In this document: positions 36,900-46,672 of the stretch, in pieces | Layout: the number at the start of each line of letters is the position of its first letter | How positions within the stretch are numbered: position 1 is the stretch's first letter | Assembly (NCBI GenBank): GCA_021802765.1 | Contig: JAJZRI010000002.1 | Span: 27,299-91,298 of the forward strand | Reading direction: 5' to 3' | DNA length: 64,000 bases | Source: Candidatus Micrarchaeota archaeon | GTDB taxonomy: Archaea; Micrarchaeota; Micrarchaeia; Micrarchaeales; CABMGC01 | Made by a program: the position numbers and the translations under genes | Notes under the pieces: model-generated | Databases searched by the model: none | Seen by the model: only the letters and a program-made list of their open reading frames with translations | Told to the model about the DNA's origin: nothing

Positions 36900-39740
36900 T
36901 CAGGATAAGATGTCAATGCTTGGTCGCAGAGGTGCAGCGTTTGCGGACCTTTGCGAAGTAGATTTTGATTCAACCTCCACGGTCACCGGACAGCCTAGCA
37001 TGGATGACAGATAACCCTTTGATTCATCAAGCAGCCTGTACTCGTCCTCCTGCGTCGATGACACGCTGCGAAGAGTGTTCACCTTCTTTGCAAGCTGCTG
37101 CGCATACTTTACCGCCTTCTCCTTGCCAGATGCGTCTAGTCCGAATTCCGCCGTTCCATTCTCTGCATTAAGCTTTCCCATAAGGTCCCCAACGTTCTTG
37201 CTCTTGCATAGCTCGTTTAGCATCTTCCTCTTCCAGTCATCGGCAACTATCAGTTTTATCGCCTTTGCCTTCTTAGCGGATTTTGTCATTAGCGCAGTTA
37301 TCTGCTTGGAATCTGCTATTATGCTTTCAAGGAGCTCTTCCTCCCCTTCCACTTTATCGCTTATCATAGACTCATCGGGCGTAGGCCACTTCTCAACAGA
37401 TGCAAGGGTGGTGTTCCCCATAAGGTGCCATAGCTCCTCGGAGACGTGCGGCGCTATGGGAGACATCATCAGCACTATGTTTGATATGTAATCTCTTACA
37501 ACTATGCCGTTAGGCTCGCCTCTTGACAGGTACTTCTTGAGTTCAAGAACCGAATCATATATGACTCCAGTACTCATCCCCCTTAGCTCCAGCCGTTCGA
37601 CCTGCGATGTTGCAGTCTTTATCTTCCTGTTGAGTTTTGAGTACATCCAGTAGTCCATGTGCCTAAGCTCACCGCTCTCCATAGCATCTATCTTCGAGGC
37701 TATCTCATAGAGGTACCTAAACCTCTCATCCACGCCCCGTGCGGACACCTCGCTGAACTCCGAATCGCTAAAGAGGTCTGCGCTGGCTATCACAAGCGTT
37801 CTTATTACGTCTGTGCCATATTTTTCAACTCCGTCAACGAGGGGGACTATATTTCCTATGCTCTTGCTCATCTTCTCACCTTCGCTTAGCACATTGCCGT
37901 TGACCACTATCTGCTTGGGCCAGTTTGCCTTTCCAAATATTGCTGCGTGGTTGAAAATGTACATTGTAAGATGATTGAATATCAGATCCGCACCAGAGTG
38001 CCTCGACATGTTTCTATACCAGTAATCAAACGACTCCTTGCACCTCTTCACCACCTGGAAGTCTATTCCCGTTGAGTCTGCGACCAAGCCAAGGTCTCCC
38101 TTTCCAAGGAAGATGTAATCAAAAAGCTCTGGCTTTAGCTTTTCAATTTCGACGTCCCTAAGCATGTTTGACACAGTGTAGAAAGACATGTATATTGTGG
38201 AGTCGGAGAGCGATTCGATTATCTTCTCTTTTTCCAGAGGGAAGGGCGTACCAAGTCCCTGCGCCCTTGCAACTGCCCTGAGGTCTATCCAGTCTATCGC
38301 TGCTTCGAAGGTCTTCCTTAACTTTTCTGGAAGCACATTTATCCCGGAGAATGCCTCTTTTGCAAGTGCTTTCCATTCAGGATTTCCGTAGTTTAGGAAC
38401 CATTGGTCGTCAACCACCTTTACCACGACATCATATCCGCACCTGCACTTCACCGGGGCATTTGCAAGTATGTAAAGTTCGAACGCCTTTTTGCTTGCCA
38501 CGAGCTCCTTTGATATCTTCTCCCGCGCCTCAGGCTCGCTCATTCCCTTGTAACCTTCAATTATCATCTTTCCATAATGTGACTCATCTTTGTACTGCTG
38601 CTTTGTTGCCTTCTCAAGAGTCTCGTCCTCGCTTCCTTCGGTCTCAAACATCCTTATGTACTTCTCTGCAGGTATATCTGCTACTTTACTTTCAGTTAAC
38701 GGTTCCTTTTCCGGTATCTCGAGCACCACTATCGGCTTTATCTCAGTTGCCACTCCTGCAGCCTTGTTCTTCTCCACTGCCATGTAGTCAAACGGCGCAT
38801 GCGCGGGAACGCTCATAACCACGCCCGTGCCAAACCCCTCCTTTACGAAGAATCCGTTCAGAAGAGGTATTATAATATCAGTTAGCGGATTCCTGCATTT
38901 CTTGTCAAGCAACTCGTATCCTTTAAGCTCCTCGCCCACTTGCTCAATATTTAGCTGGTACTTAAGGTTGGCAGCAGCCTGCTTCGAGATGTAGTATGTG
39001 CCTTCACCGTTTATCTTGCACGCTATGTAATCGGAATTCCTGTTCACGAAGAGGTTTGTCACCCCGAATACTGTCTCCGGCCTGAACGTCGTGCATATGA
39101 AATATGCATCTTCCCCTTCAACCTTGAACTTTATCGTCGTCTCCTTCTCTATGTCTGGCTCGGCGTCCTTCTTCGTGTCATGCATGCCCACGGCCTGGTT
39201 CTCGTTCGGGCACCATCCGACCGGATGCTTGCCCTTGACTATGTATCCTTTTCTGTTTAGTATCCCGAACTGCCACTCGACGAACTTGCTAAAGAACGGA
39301 TCGGTCGAGACGAACTTCCTCCTCCAGTCAACGCTCAATCCTGCCCTGTGCATCCCGGTCTCTATTTCCTTGACGAAGTAGCTTGCAATGTACTTCGGAT
39401 CCGTCATCTGCGCTATCTCCTGGTCGGCTATGTGGAAGAGCTTTAGCTCCGAGACGAGCTCCGTGTCGCCGTTCCTAAGCCTCTTGGCAAATGCCAGTAT
39501 GGGGGTGCCTGTCGCATGGAATGCCATCGGGAAGAGAACATTGAATCCGCGCATCCTCTTGTACCTTGCAAGCACGTCAGCCGTTCCATAGGTGCGGACA
39601 TGGCCTATGTGTAATGGTGCGTTGACGTATGGGAAGGCCACAGTAACAAGATAGGACTCCTTTCCATTAACGTCACTCTCGAAGATCCTGGCGTCCTGCC
39701 ATGCCTTCTGCCACTTGCCGTCTATCTCCTTGTAATCCAT
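36900..39740 (-). CDS. leuS: Leucyl-tRNA synthetase (archaeal type)
   Basis: 'PYVNAPLHIGHVRTY' (HIGH) and 'GEKMSKSIGN' (KMSKS). 946 aa. Confidence 0.97.
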   Translation of the reverse strand: MDYKEIDGKWQKAWQDARIFESDVNGKESYLVTVAFPYVNAPLHIGHVRTYGTADVLARYKRMRGFNVLFPMAFHATGTPILAFAKRLRNGDTELVSELKLFHIADQEIAQMTDPKYIASYFVKEIETGMHRAGLSVDWRRKFVSTDPFFSKFVEWQFGILNRKGYIVKGKHPVGWCPNENQAVGMHDTKKDAEPDIEKETTIKFKVEGEDAYFICTTFRPETVFGVTNLFVNRNSDYIACKINGEGTYYISKQAAANLKYQLNIEQVGEELKGYELLDKKCRNPLTDIIIPLLNGFFVKEGFGTGVVMSVPAHAPFDYMAVEKNKAAGVATEIKPIVVLEIPEKEPLTESKVADIPAEKYIRMFETEGSEDETLEKATKQQYKDESHYGKMIIEGYKGMSEPEAREKISKELVASKKAFELYILANAPVKCRCGYDVVVKVVDDQWFLNYGNPEWKALAKEAFSGINVLPEKLRKTFEAAIDWIDLRAVARAQGLGTPFPLEKEKIIESLSDSTIYMSFYTVSNMLRDVEIEKLKPELFDYIFLGKGDLGLVADSTGIDFQVVKRCKESFDYWYRNMSRHSGADLIFNHLTMYIFNHAAIFGKANWPKQIVVNGNVLSEGEKMSKSIGNIVPLVDGVEKYGTDVIRTLVIASADLFSDSEFSEVSARGVDERFRYLYEIASKIDAMESGELRHMDYWMYSKLNRKIKTATSQVERLELRGMSTGVIYDSVLELKKYLSRGEPNGIVVRDYISNIVLMMSPIAPHVSEELWHLMGNTTLASVEKWPTPDESMISDKVEGEEELLESIIADSKQITALMTKSAKKAKAIKLIVADDWKRKMLNELCKSKNVGDLMGKLNAENGTAEFGLDASGKEKAVKYAQQLAKKVNTLRSVSSTQEDEYRLLDESKGYLSSMLGCPVTVEVESKSTSQRSANAAPLRPSIDILS

Positions 39741-39800
39741 CCAATCAGCGAAGAAACATTAAACATTTATGATGCACAATATAAATCCTTATCAGCTCTG

Positions 39801-40934
39801 TCATTTTAGATTCAGTTTTGAGAACAACGCCTTATAGAACCCCCTTATCTCGGACTTGGAGTACATGGCCAGGTTCTTCCTGTTGAATATGTATCTGTCC
39901 GGATTCTTGCTGTTTGCTATCTCTACGAGCCTTTTCGGTATCTGGCTTTCGCTTGCAACAACGCACATCTCGCTTACCTCCCGGGGTATTGGCGTGTCGC
40001 TTGGCAGAACCACCGGCGTACCCAGTGCGACGCTCTCTATGGCAATTATCCCAAGTCCTTCCCTTTCCGACATGTGCAGTACCGCGCAGGCCTTGCGAAT
40101 CTTCCGATATAGCTCAATGTTGTCCTTATAAAAATCGACAACTCGGATCTTGCCATCCATTCTTATCTCCTTTATCATGTCCTCTACTGTCCTCTTCTCA
40201 GGGCCTTTGCCTATTATCAGTCCGCGTATAGAATTATCGTGCAGGTATGCGGATCTTAGCGCTATTAGCCACCTATCAAGCCTCTTCTCCTTTATCATCC
40301 GTCCGGAGAAGAGAACGAGCTTAGACTTTGCCACTTTCTCCTTCCTTATCTTTCCTATCACACCGTCATCCAGATTCGGTGCGAATACGGATATTCTTGG
40401 CTTTCTGATCCCTAAGTTTTCCAATTTCTTTGTCGTCGTGCTGGATATTGTTATGTAGTGATCTGCACCTTTTATCGCTCTTACTGAATATGGATAGGCA
40501 AGGCTCCCTGCAACCCTTCCGATGTACTTTATCCAGTAATCCCTGTCCCACACTTCAGCAACCTCGACTATGAGTTTTGCATTAACTCTCTTGCAATACT
40601 TCTTGAGCGCAGCAAGGTGGACTATAGGGAACGCGTTTGTTATTACTATATCGAAATCATAATCGTACATCCTCTTTAATGAATTTGCATATGCAATTGC
40701 TTCCCTTATCGACCTTCTTCCATGCCTGTATATCTTAGACTGCTCTGTTCTGTGCATTGCGTGGTAGTGTATCCCGTGATAGGTGAATTCCTCCCCTTTC
40801 ATCCCCTCCCATCTAGTAGTGAAATAGTGCACTTCATGGTCCTTGGCAAGTTGCTCTGCTTCGTTGTAGTTCATTGACTCTATGCCGCCGACGTGCCACG
40901 GGTAAGGGACATCATATACGAATGCTATCTTCAT
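39801..40934 (-). CDS. Glycosyltransferase, GT4 (group 1) family
   Basis: 'HMSEREGLGIIAIESVALGTPVV' (E-x7-E) and a GT-B size of 377 aa. Confidence 0.8.
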   Translation of the reverse strand: MKIAFVYDVPYPWHVGGIESMNYNEAEQLAKDHEVHYFTTRWEGMKGEEFTYHGIHYHAMHRTEQSKIYRHGRRSIREAIAYANSLKRMYDYDFDIVITNAFPIVHLAALKKYCKRVNAKLIVEVAEVWDRDYWIKYIGRVAGSLAYPYSVRAIKGADHYITISSTTTKKLENLGIRKPRISVFAPNLDDGVIGKIRKEKVAKSKLVLFSGRMIKEKRLDRWLIALRSAYLHDNSIRGLIIGKGPEKRTVEDMIKEIRMDGKIRVVDFYKDNIELYRKIRKACAVLHMSEREGLGIIAIESVALGTPVVLPSDTPIPREVSEMCVVASESQIPKRLVEIANSKNPDRYIFNRKNLAMYSKSEIRGFYKALFSKLNLK

Positions 40935-42643
40935 CGTCTCCCCTTCTTCGCCTTCTTGTTCTCAATGAAATAATTTCCCATGAACATGTACCTTGAGTTG
41001 GTCTTCTTTAGCGTGTCAAGCGCGTCCTCCGGAGATGCAACTATCGGCATTCCGTGTATGTTGAAGCTGGTGTTGAGCACCACGCCGTATCCGCTCCTCT
41101 TCTTCACGCTCTTAAGAAGCTCCCTATACGCCTTGTTCTCGCTACCAACCATCTGTGGCCTTGCCGTCATGTCAACGTGCACTACGGACTTCATCACCTC
41201 CCTTGCCGACTCCTTTACTCTGTATCCCATTGTCATGAACCTATCGCTTCCTTTTACGTCCTCAAGTAGCCTGCTTGCCTCCTCTTCAAGCATCGATGGC
41301 GCGAAAGGCTGGTACCATTCGCGCTGCTTTACATAAGTGTTGAGCTTGTCCTTGACGCTCTCAGAGCTTGAATTGCCCACTATGCTTCTGTCTCCCAGTG
41401 CGCGTGGTCCGTACTCCATCCTTCCCTGGAACCAGAGCAGATAGTCGTTTGACTCTATTATCTCTGCCGCATGGCCAGCCACATTATCCTCCCTATCGAA
41501 CGAAACGTCCTTTTCTTTTTTTAGTATCTTCAATACGTGCTCATTATCGTATTCTTCTCCAAGGTACGAGTCCGGGAACTGGTAATGCGACGTTCCATTT
41601 TCCAGATAGTTGGCATGGAGCGCAGCCCCAAGAGCTATGCCTCCGTCGCCCATATGTGGGAAGATATACCATCCCTTAAGCTTTTCAAGTGCGCGTATTT
41701 TCATGTTTGCCTTTATGTTAGACATTATTCCTCCTGCAAATGAGACGTCTCCAATGCCATACTCATCTATTGCATTTGATACGAACTCCGTGATGATATT
41801 CTCGAGCAGTTGCTGGGCCATGTATGCGAACTGTTCCCTGGGGATACCCCATGCCATCCTGCTTAGGATGTCATACTGGTTTATCGGGCCGTACTTGGCC
41901 TTTATCCCGACTCCGACAACGCTAAAGAAGTCCTTTAGCTTGTTCTTTGAGAACGGGAACGGGAACGAGTAATCAGCCATTGCCATTATCTTTCCCTCAT
42001 CCTCAAGCTCTCGCATTCCTATGATGTTCGTTACCTGTTCGTAGAATATCCCTATCGAGTCCCCTCCAGGAATCTCTACCTTCCTTGTCATTTCCCCTCC
42101 TTCAAGAGTGCTTACGGACCCGGACAGGCCGTCTCCTATCCCGTCAAGTGTTATCACAAGCTGGTCTTTCATTCCCGAGGTGAATGCGGCTGTCGCTGCA
42201 TGCGCGCGATGATGATCTATAGATACCAATTTGACATCATTAAAGCCGACCTTCTCAAGTTCTTTAGAGACTTCGTATCTACTAATCTCATCGCAGAAAG
42301 GGAGCGGGCCCACAGTGGTCATAGCGTACTTTGTATAATGCATCAGACTCTCAAGCCTTGGCCTTAGCATCTTCCTCCTCCTGAACCGATAGTATGCCTC
42401 CTTCTGCATAGGAAATACCCGCGATATGGTTTTGGAGAGGTCAGTAGTAGGGAATGCGACCATGTCCACGTCAGAAGGCCGTATGCCCTCGAACGAGAGG
42501 GCTGCAGATATGGAGTTGCGGGGGAAGTCTATCTCCAGCTTCCTCTTCGTGTACCTTTCCTCATTGGATGCGAATATTATCTTATTGTCCTTCACAAGAG
42601 CGGCTCCGGAATCGTGACCGTCCCAAACACCAAGAATATACAT
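40931..42643 (-). CDS. Carbamoyltransferase (NodU/CmcH/TobZ family)
   Basis: 'MYILGVWDGHDSGAALV' and 'VVLNTSFNIHGMPIV'. The start is taken at the internal Met. The track's extension to 42712 overlaps the upstream gene. Confidence 0.8.
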   Translation of the reverse strand: MYILGVWDGHDSGAALVKDNKIIFASNEERYTKRKLEIDFPRNSISAALSFEGIRPSDVDMVAFPTTDLSKTISRVFPMQKEAYYRFRRRKMLRPRLESLMHYTKYAMTTVGPLPFCDEISRYEVSKELEKVGFNDVKLVSIDHHRAHAATAAFTSGMKDQLVITLDGIGDGLSGSVSTLEGGEMTRKVEIPGGDSIGIFYEQVTNIIGMRELEDEGKIMAMADYSFPFPFSKNKLKDFFSVVGVGIKAKYGPINQYDILSRMAWGIPREQFAYMAQQLLENIITEFVSNAIDEYGIGDVSFAGGIMSNIKANMKIRALEKLKGWYIFPHMGDGGIALGAALHANYLENGTSHYQFPDSYLGEEYDNEHVLKILKKEKDVSFDREDNVAGHAAEIIESNDYLLWFQGRMEYGPRALGDRSIVGNSSSESVKDKLNTYVKQREWYQPFAPSMLEEEASRLLEDVKGSDRFMTMGYRVKESAREVMKSVVHVDMTARPQMVGSENKAYRELLKSVKKRSGYGVVLNTSFNIHGMPIVASPEDALDTLKKTNSRYMFMGNYFIENKKAKKGRR

Positions 42644-42651
42644 ATGACCAC

Positions 42652-43713
42652 TTAAACAATCAGGCTCCAGATATTTCCGACAAGCGTCTGATAAGCTTCG
42701 CATGCGGTCCATGCTCCCGGCTCCTTGCCCTGCGCTATAAGCTTCCTTACCTCCTCGGCTTCGCTATTGTGCCATATCTTGGATAGGTCATAATCCGTCT
42801 CTCTTATGCTTCCTATCTTCCTGTTCCACATTATCGATGGAAAAACGTTTCCGTAGCTGTCCATGAACAGCGAGGCGTCAAGGCTCCGTCCGCGCATCGG
42901 TGAGTTGCCGGTCTTTATGTAGTACCCAAGCCTCTTTAGGAATGCATTTTCAACTATAGGTATGGCTCCTATTTCAGGTCTTCTTGCTTTTAGGAACTGG
43001 TCCAGTTCGCCTACGAATCCTGCAGCATCTGGCCTGAGCTGCATGTCCGAATTCTTGTAATAAGTGTCTGATGTCTGTCCTACATTCACGTGAAAGTTGT
43101 TGGCAGTGACCCATGGGAGCTCCTTTTGAACCTGGGCTATGGTCTCCATAAGCTTCCCTTCGTTGTACTTGCTCATCGTGTACCCGAAGACGAAGAAGAG
43201 ATTACGGTATCTTGACTGCATCTCCTTAAGTCGCTTTGCCATTCCCATAACCCTGTCAAAATTCCCAGGTATGCCTCTTATCTTATCATGCAGCTCGCGA
43301 TAGCCATCCAGGCTCAGGGTTATTGAGACCTTCGGTATGCCTAGCTGTAGTATGGATTCTATTCTTCCCGCAACCATGTCGGGGTTGCATAGGGAATTTG
43401 TCGGCATTGTCACTATGTAAAGATCCTTGGAGTTATCCTTGAAGGCCTTTACTATGTCAACAATGTCGCTTCTCAGGAATGGTTCGCCTCCTGTTATTTC
43501 TACCCACTTGAAATAGTTGTTCTTCTGGGCGAATGCAGTTATCTCTCGCAGGTCGAGCTCTCCTGTCGGCTTTATCTGCCATATATTGCAGGTCAGGCAG
43601 CGCGACTGGCAAGAGTAGGTTATCGAAAAGGTGAGCTTGTAGGGCCGGTCAAGACGCGCAAAATTGCTCCTAAGCGCGGTCAAGCCAAGTCCTGCCAGCT
43701 TTACAGAGTCCAT
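42652..43713 (-). CDS. Radical SAM enzyme (SPASM-like C-terminal region lacking most Cys ligands)
   Basis: 'ITYSCQSRCLTCNIW' (CxxxCxxC) and 'EITGGEPFL'. The C-terminus 'LFMDSYGNVFPSIMWNRKIGSIRE...IWHS' is SPASM-shaped, but Ser occupies the Cys positions. Confidence 0.75.
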   Translation of the reverse strand: MDSVKLAGLGLTALRSNFARLDRPYKLTFSITYSCQSRCLTCNIWQIKPTGELDLREITAFAQKNNYFKWVEITGGEPFLRSDIVDIVKAFKDNSKDLYIVTMPTNSLCNPDMVAGRIESILQLGIPKVSITLSLDGYRELHDKIRGIPGNFDRVMGMAKRLKEMQSRYRNLFFVFGYTMSKYNEGKLMETIAQVQKELPWVTANNFHVNVGQTSDTYYKNSDMQLRPDAAGFVGELDQFLKARRPEIGAIPIVENAFLKRLGYYIKTGNSPMRGRSLDASLFMDSYGNVFPSIMWNRKIGSIRETDYDLSKIWHNSEAEEVRKLIAQGKEPGAWTACEAYQTLVGNIWSLIV

Positions 43714-43782
43714 CTATTATCCCCAGATATCTCTAATTTGATATTGATATATTATTATATGTTAGGGAATAACTTATACAAG

Positions 43783-43790
43783 TAATTTAT
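43783..43790 (+). promoter_or_regulatory. TATA box (TAATTTAT) for the 43811 gene
   Basis: Centred about 24 nt upstream of ATG 43811. Confidence 0.4.
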
Positions 43791-43810
43791 GCAAAAGGTG
43801 CATCAAAAGT

Positions 43811-46387
43811 ATGCTTGCAGGATCAGCAAAATCACAATCAGCGCTTGAATTCCTTAGCGGATACATATGGGCATTCATCATAATCGCAATAATCTTAAGT
43901 GTGATCTATTATCTTCTTGCAATCCCTAGCGCTATAACTTCAACAAGCTGCAGCTTGACCAGCGGAGTTGACTGCAAAGGTCTAATAGTAGGGTCGAAAG
44001 CAGGTACCACCCAATTCGATGCCGTAATAGTAAACGCACAGCAATATGATTTTGTGGGGCCGACAAGCCTCATATTCAATGTTTCTGGATATGGCAATGT
44101 TACAGCAATATGCTCTCCAGCCAACGTAATATCTGGCGGCACGACAATATGCAGCGGATCAATCAGTGCCAACATCGTGCAATCATCTATAATAAGAGGC
44201 CTAATAAAGGTGACTACTGGCGTCTGTCTGTCCGGTAATGTGAATAAGTGCACTGCCATTGCCCCTACAACTTATATTGGCAACTTTTCATCGCAGGTTG
44301 GCGCTTATACAAACAACAATCTACCAGTAAATTTGGCACTTTACGTGGCTTCTTCTTCAACATCTGCAGGTACTCAGGATCTTATCACAGCAAACATAAA
44401 AATATTCAGCCTGCCAGCGTCAAGCTCGGGAATTACATTCAGTACGAACGTTCCTTCCTACGTTACCATCTCTCCGGAATACGTATTGACAAATTCAAAT
44501 GGGAATGCAACTGCGGAGTTCACTGCAACTGCAGGTGGCACTTACAATATAATTGCCACTTATGGCAATTATGTTGCATCTAATACAATAATCGTATCAA
44601 GTCCGACTACTACGGTGTCTCAATGCTATTCCCTAACATTGGCAGATACCTCTGGCGGGGCGAGTGTATCTGCATCTCCATCCAATTCCGCAGGATGTTC
44701 CCCTGGAAGCTACTCTGCAGGGGCCGTTATAACTCTAACTGCAACGCCTTCTTCAGGAAATGCATTCACCAGCTGGTCAGGTACATATCAGAGCACTTCG
44801 AATCCGTGGTCCTACTCAATGCCATCCAGTGCTGCAACTGAAACTGCAAATTATAACATCTGCTATCAGCTCACGCTTACTGATGGATCAGGAGGTTCAA
44901 GTGTGGTTGCTTCCCCATCAAACTCAGCAGGATGCTCTTCGGGAAGTTACTTCTCTGGTACTGCAATAACTCTTACAGCAACTCCTGCTTCAGGATACAT
45001 CTTCTCCAGCTGGACTGGAACGTCATCCTCATCATCAAATCCATGGTCGTATTCAATGCCTGCCAGCACCGCAACTGAGACTGCAAACTACGCGCAGTGC
45101 TACCAACTCACGCTTACTGATGGATCAGGAGGTTCAAGTGTGGTTGCTTCCCCATCAAACTCAGCAGGATGCTCTTCGGGAAGTTACTTCTCTGGTACTG
45201 CAATAACTCTTACAGCAACTCCTGCTTCAGGATACATCTTCTCCAGCTGGACTGGAACGTCATCCTCATCATCAAATCCATGGTCGTATTCAATGCCTGC
45301 CAGCACCGCAACTGAGACTGCAAACTACGCGCAGTGCTACCAACTCACACTTACTGATGGAACAGGAGGTTCAAGTGTGTCCGCCTCCCCATCAAACTCC
45401 ATAGGCTGCTCTTCAGGATATTATATCTCAGGAGCGGCAGTAACTCTTACAGCAACTCCTGCTTCAGGATACATCTTCTCCAGCTGGACTGGAACGTCAT
45501 CCTCATCATCAAATCCATGGTCGTATTCAATGCCTGCCAGCACCGCAACAGAGACTGCAAACTACGCCTCTTCATGTACTGGAACAAATACACTTACTGT
45601 TACTAGTTATCTATCTCTAACAGCATCAGCGTCGACTACTGTTAGCTATACTATGTATGGTGGCGGCGGTGGTGGAAACTACGCTGGATATGGAACAAGC
45701 AGTACGGGAGGAAGCTACAGTACAGGAAGTTTTGCTATAACTAGTGGTCAAACCTTAACAGTATATGCTGGTGGCGGCGGAGGAGGTGCAAGTAGTGATG
45801 AGGGTGGTGGAGGTGGCGGCGGAGGCAGCGGATATTATGGTGGAGGTGGCGGCGCAGGATGCGGATATCCTGCAGGTGGCGGAGGCGGAGGTTCGTCAGC
45901 TGTTTTGGTCAGCGGGTCGGTAACAGCATGCGCAAATGGTGGTACTGGTGCAAGTGATACTACTTATGGCGCGTATGGCGGCTCCGGAGCAACTTGCTCT
46001 GCTGGTGGCTCAGGAGGAACAGGGGGCGGAAACTGCGGCTCATATCCTGGATATGCCGGAGGTCTGAATTTTGGCGGTAATGGCAATCCTGCAAGCTGGA
46101 CTGCTGGTTACGGCGGTTCCGGCGGAGGCGGAGGTACTGGCGGTTCAAGTTGCGGCGGAGGCGGTGGCGGAGGATACGGAGCAGGCGGAGGAGGCGGATC
46201 ATTTTGTAACGGCGGAGGCGCAGGTGGCAGCAGCGGTGGTAATGGAGGTAACAACGGCGGCGGGTATGGTGGCGGTGTAGGTGGAGATAGCGGCACAGGA
46301 GGTGCAAGTACAACTACTTCTGGTTCAGGTGGAGGGAATGGCGGCAGTGTAACTCTTAGCTGGCCAGGATCATCATGCCCTATCTAA
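43811..46387 (+). CDS. Large class III signal peptide (pilin-like) surface protein: N-domain, four B-repeat domains, Gly-dominated C-terminal domain
   Basis: Signal region 'AKSQSALEFLSGYIWAFIIIAIILSVIYYLLA'. Four 79-aa repeats read 'CYQLTLTDGSGGSSV.ASPSNS.GCSSGSY.SG.A.TLTATPASGYIFSSWTGT...TETANY' (divergent InlB B-repeat pattern). The last ~270 aa are runs of G with S/A/Y/T/C. Confidence 0.8.
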   Translation: MLAGSAKSQSALEFLSGYIWAFIIIAIILSVIYYLLAIPSAITSTSCSLTSGVDCKGLIVGSKAGTTQFDAVIVNAQQYDFVGPTSLIFNVSGYGNVTAICSPANVISGGTTICSGSISANIVQSSIIRGLIKVTTGVCLSGNVNKCTAIAPTTYIGNFSSQVGAYTNNNLPVNLALYVASSSTSAGTQDLITANIKIFSLPASSSGITFSTNVPSYVTISPEYVLTNSNGNATAEFTATAGGTYNIIATYGNYVASNTIIVSSPTTTVSQCYSLTLADTSGGASVSASPSNSAGCSPGSYSAGAVITLTATPSSGNAFTSWSGTYQSTSNPWSYSMPSSAATETANYNICYQLTLTDGSGGSSVVASPSNSAGCSSGSYFSGTAITLTATPASGYIFSSWTGTSSSSSNPWSYSMPASTATETANYAQCYQLTLTDGSGGSSVVASPSNSAGCSSGSYFSGTAITLTATPASGYIFSSWTGTSSSSSNPWSYSMPASTATETANYAQCYQLTLTDGTGGSSVSASPSNSIGCSSGYYISGAAVTLTATPASGYIFSSWTGTSSSSSNPWSYSMPASTATETANYASSCTGTNTLTVTSYLSLTASASTTVSYTMYGGGGGGNYAGYGTSSTGGSYSTGSFAITSGQTLTVYAGGGGGGASSDEGGGGGGGGSGYYGGGGGAGCGYPAGGGGGGSSAVLVSGSVTACANGGTGASDTTYGAYGGSGATCSAGGSGGTGGGNCGSYPGYAGGLNFGGNGNPASWTAGYGGSGGGGGTGGSSCGGGGGGGYGAGGGGGSFCNGGGAGGSSGGNGGNNGGGYGGGVGGDSGTGGASTTTSGSGGGNGGSVTLSWPGSSCPI
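44624..45571 (+). repeat. Four in-frame 237-bp tandem repeats (units at 44624, 44861, 45098, 45335)
   Basis: All unit starts are in frame with ATG 43811. By direct comparison, units 2 and 3 differ at 2 of 237 nt. Unit 4 shares its 3' half identically. Confidence 0.9.
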
Positions 46388-46544
46388 TCTCGGTACTATA
46401 TAGTCAATCATGAATTAATGCAAATGCCCAGGACCTTCCTACATCCTAGTTCTACATGTGCGGTTTCATGAATGCCGATTCGCGTATTTCCTTGCTATAA
46501 CTTGCTACGACTCGACTTTTGCAGCCGCCTAATTTCTGCTTGTA

Positions 46545-46564
46545 TTTTTTTGATTTATTTTATA
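46545..46564 (+). terminator. Oligo-T tract (T7 then gatttatttt), candidate archaeal terminator for the 43811 gene
   Basis: The sequence tatttttttgatttatttta lies about 160 nt after the stop codon. Confidence 0.35.
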
Positions 46565-46672
46565 TTGAAAAGCCTAAATCCTTTACTTGAGAGACCTTTT
46601 AGGTTACATCGATGGCGTCTTTTGAGGTGGTCTTAATAGGTTTTGTGACCTATTTGATGATGCGCCATTTGC

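Noticed and set aside
42644-42712. N-terminal extension of the carbamoyltransferase ORF.
   Set aside because: It overlaps the 3' end of the radical SAM gene. The family N-terminus 'MYILGV.DGHDS' begins at the internal Met.
44624-45571. Regular 237-bp repeats (and the 36-bp repeats at 1841-1941), considered as a CRISPR-like array.
   Set aside because: The repeats are contiguous with no unique spacers. They are in frame and encode protein domains or linkers. No cas genes are present.
45960-46313. Poly-Pro (46108..46296 -), Arg/Leu-rich (45960..46313 -) and Ala/Val-rich (46071..46280 +) ORFs.
   Set aside because: They are artefacts of the GGN-rich coding tract of the 43811 gene, which stays open in several frames.
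46388-46672. 285-bp spacer with a 'TGATGA' string, considered as a box C/D sRNA or tRNA.
   Set aside because: I found no D box (CUGA) at the proper distance, no terminal stem, and no cloverleaf. Only an oligo-T tract and a 7-bp hairpin (46635-46654) next to the mdh stop were seen.
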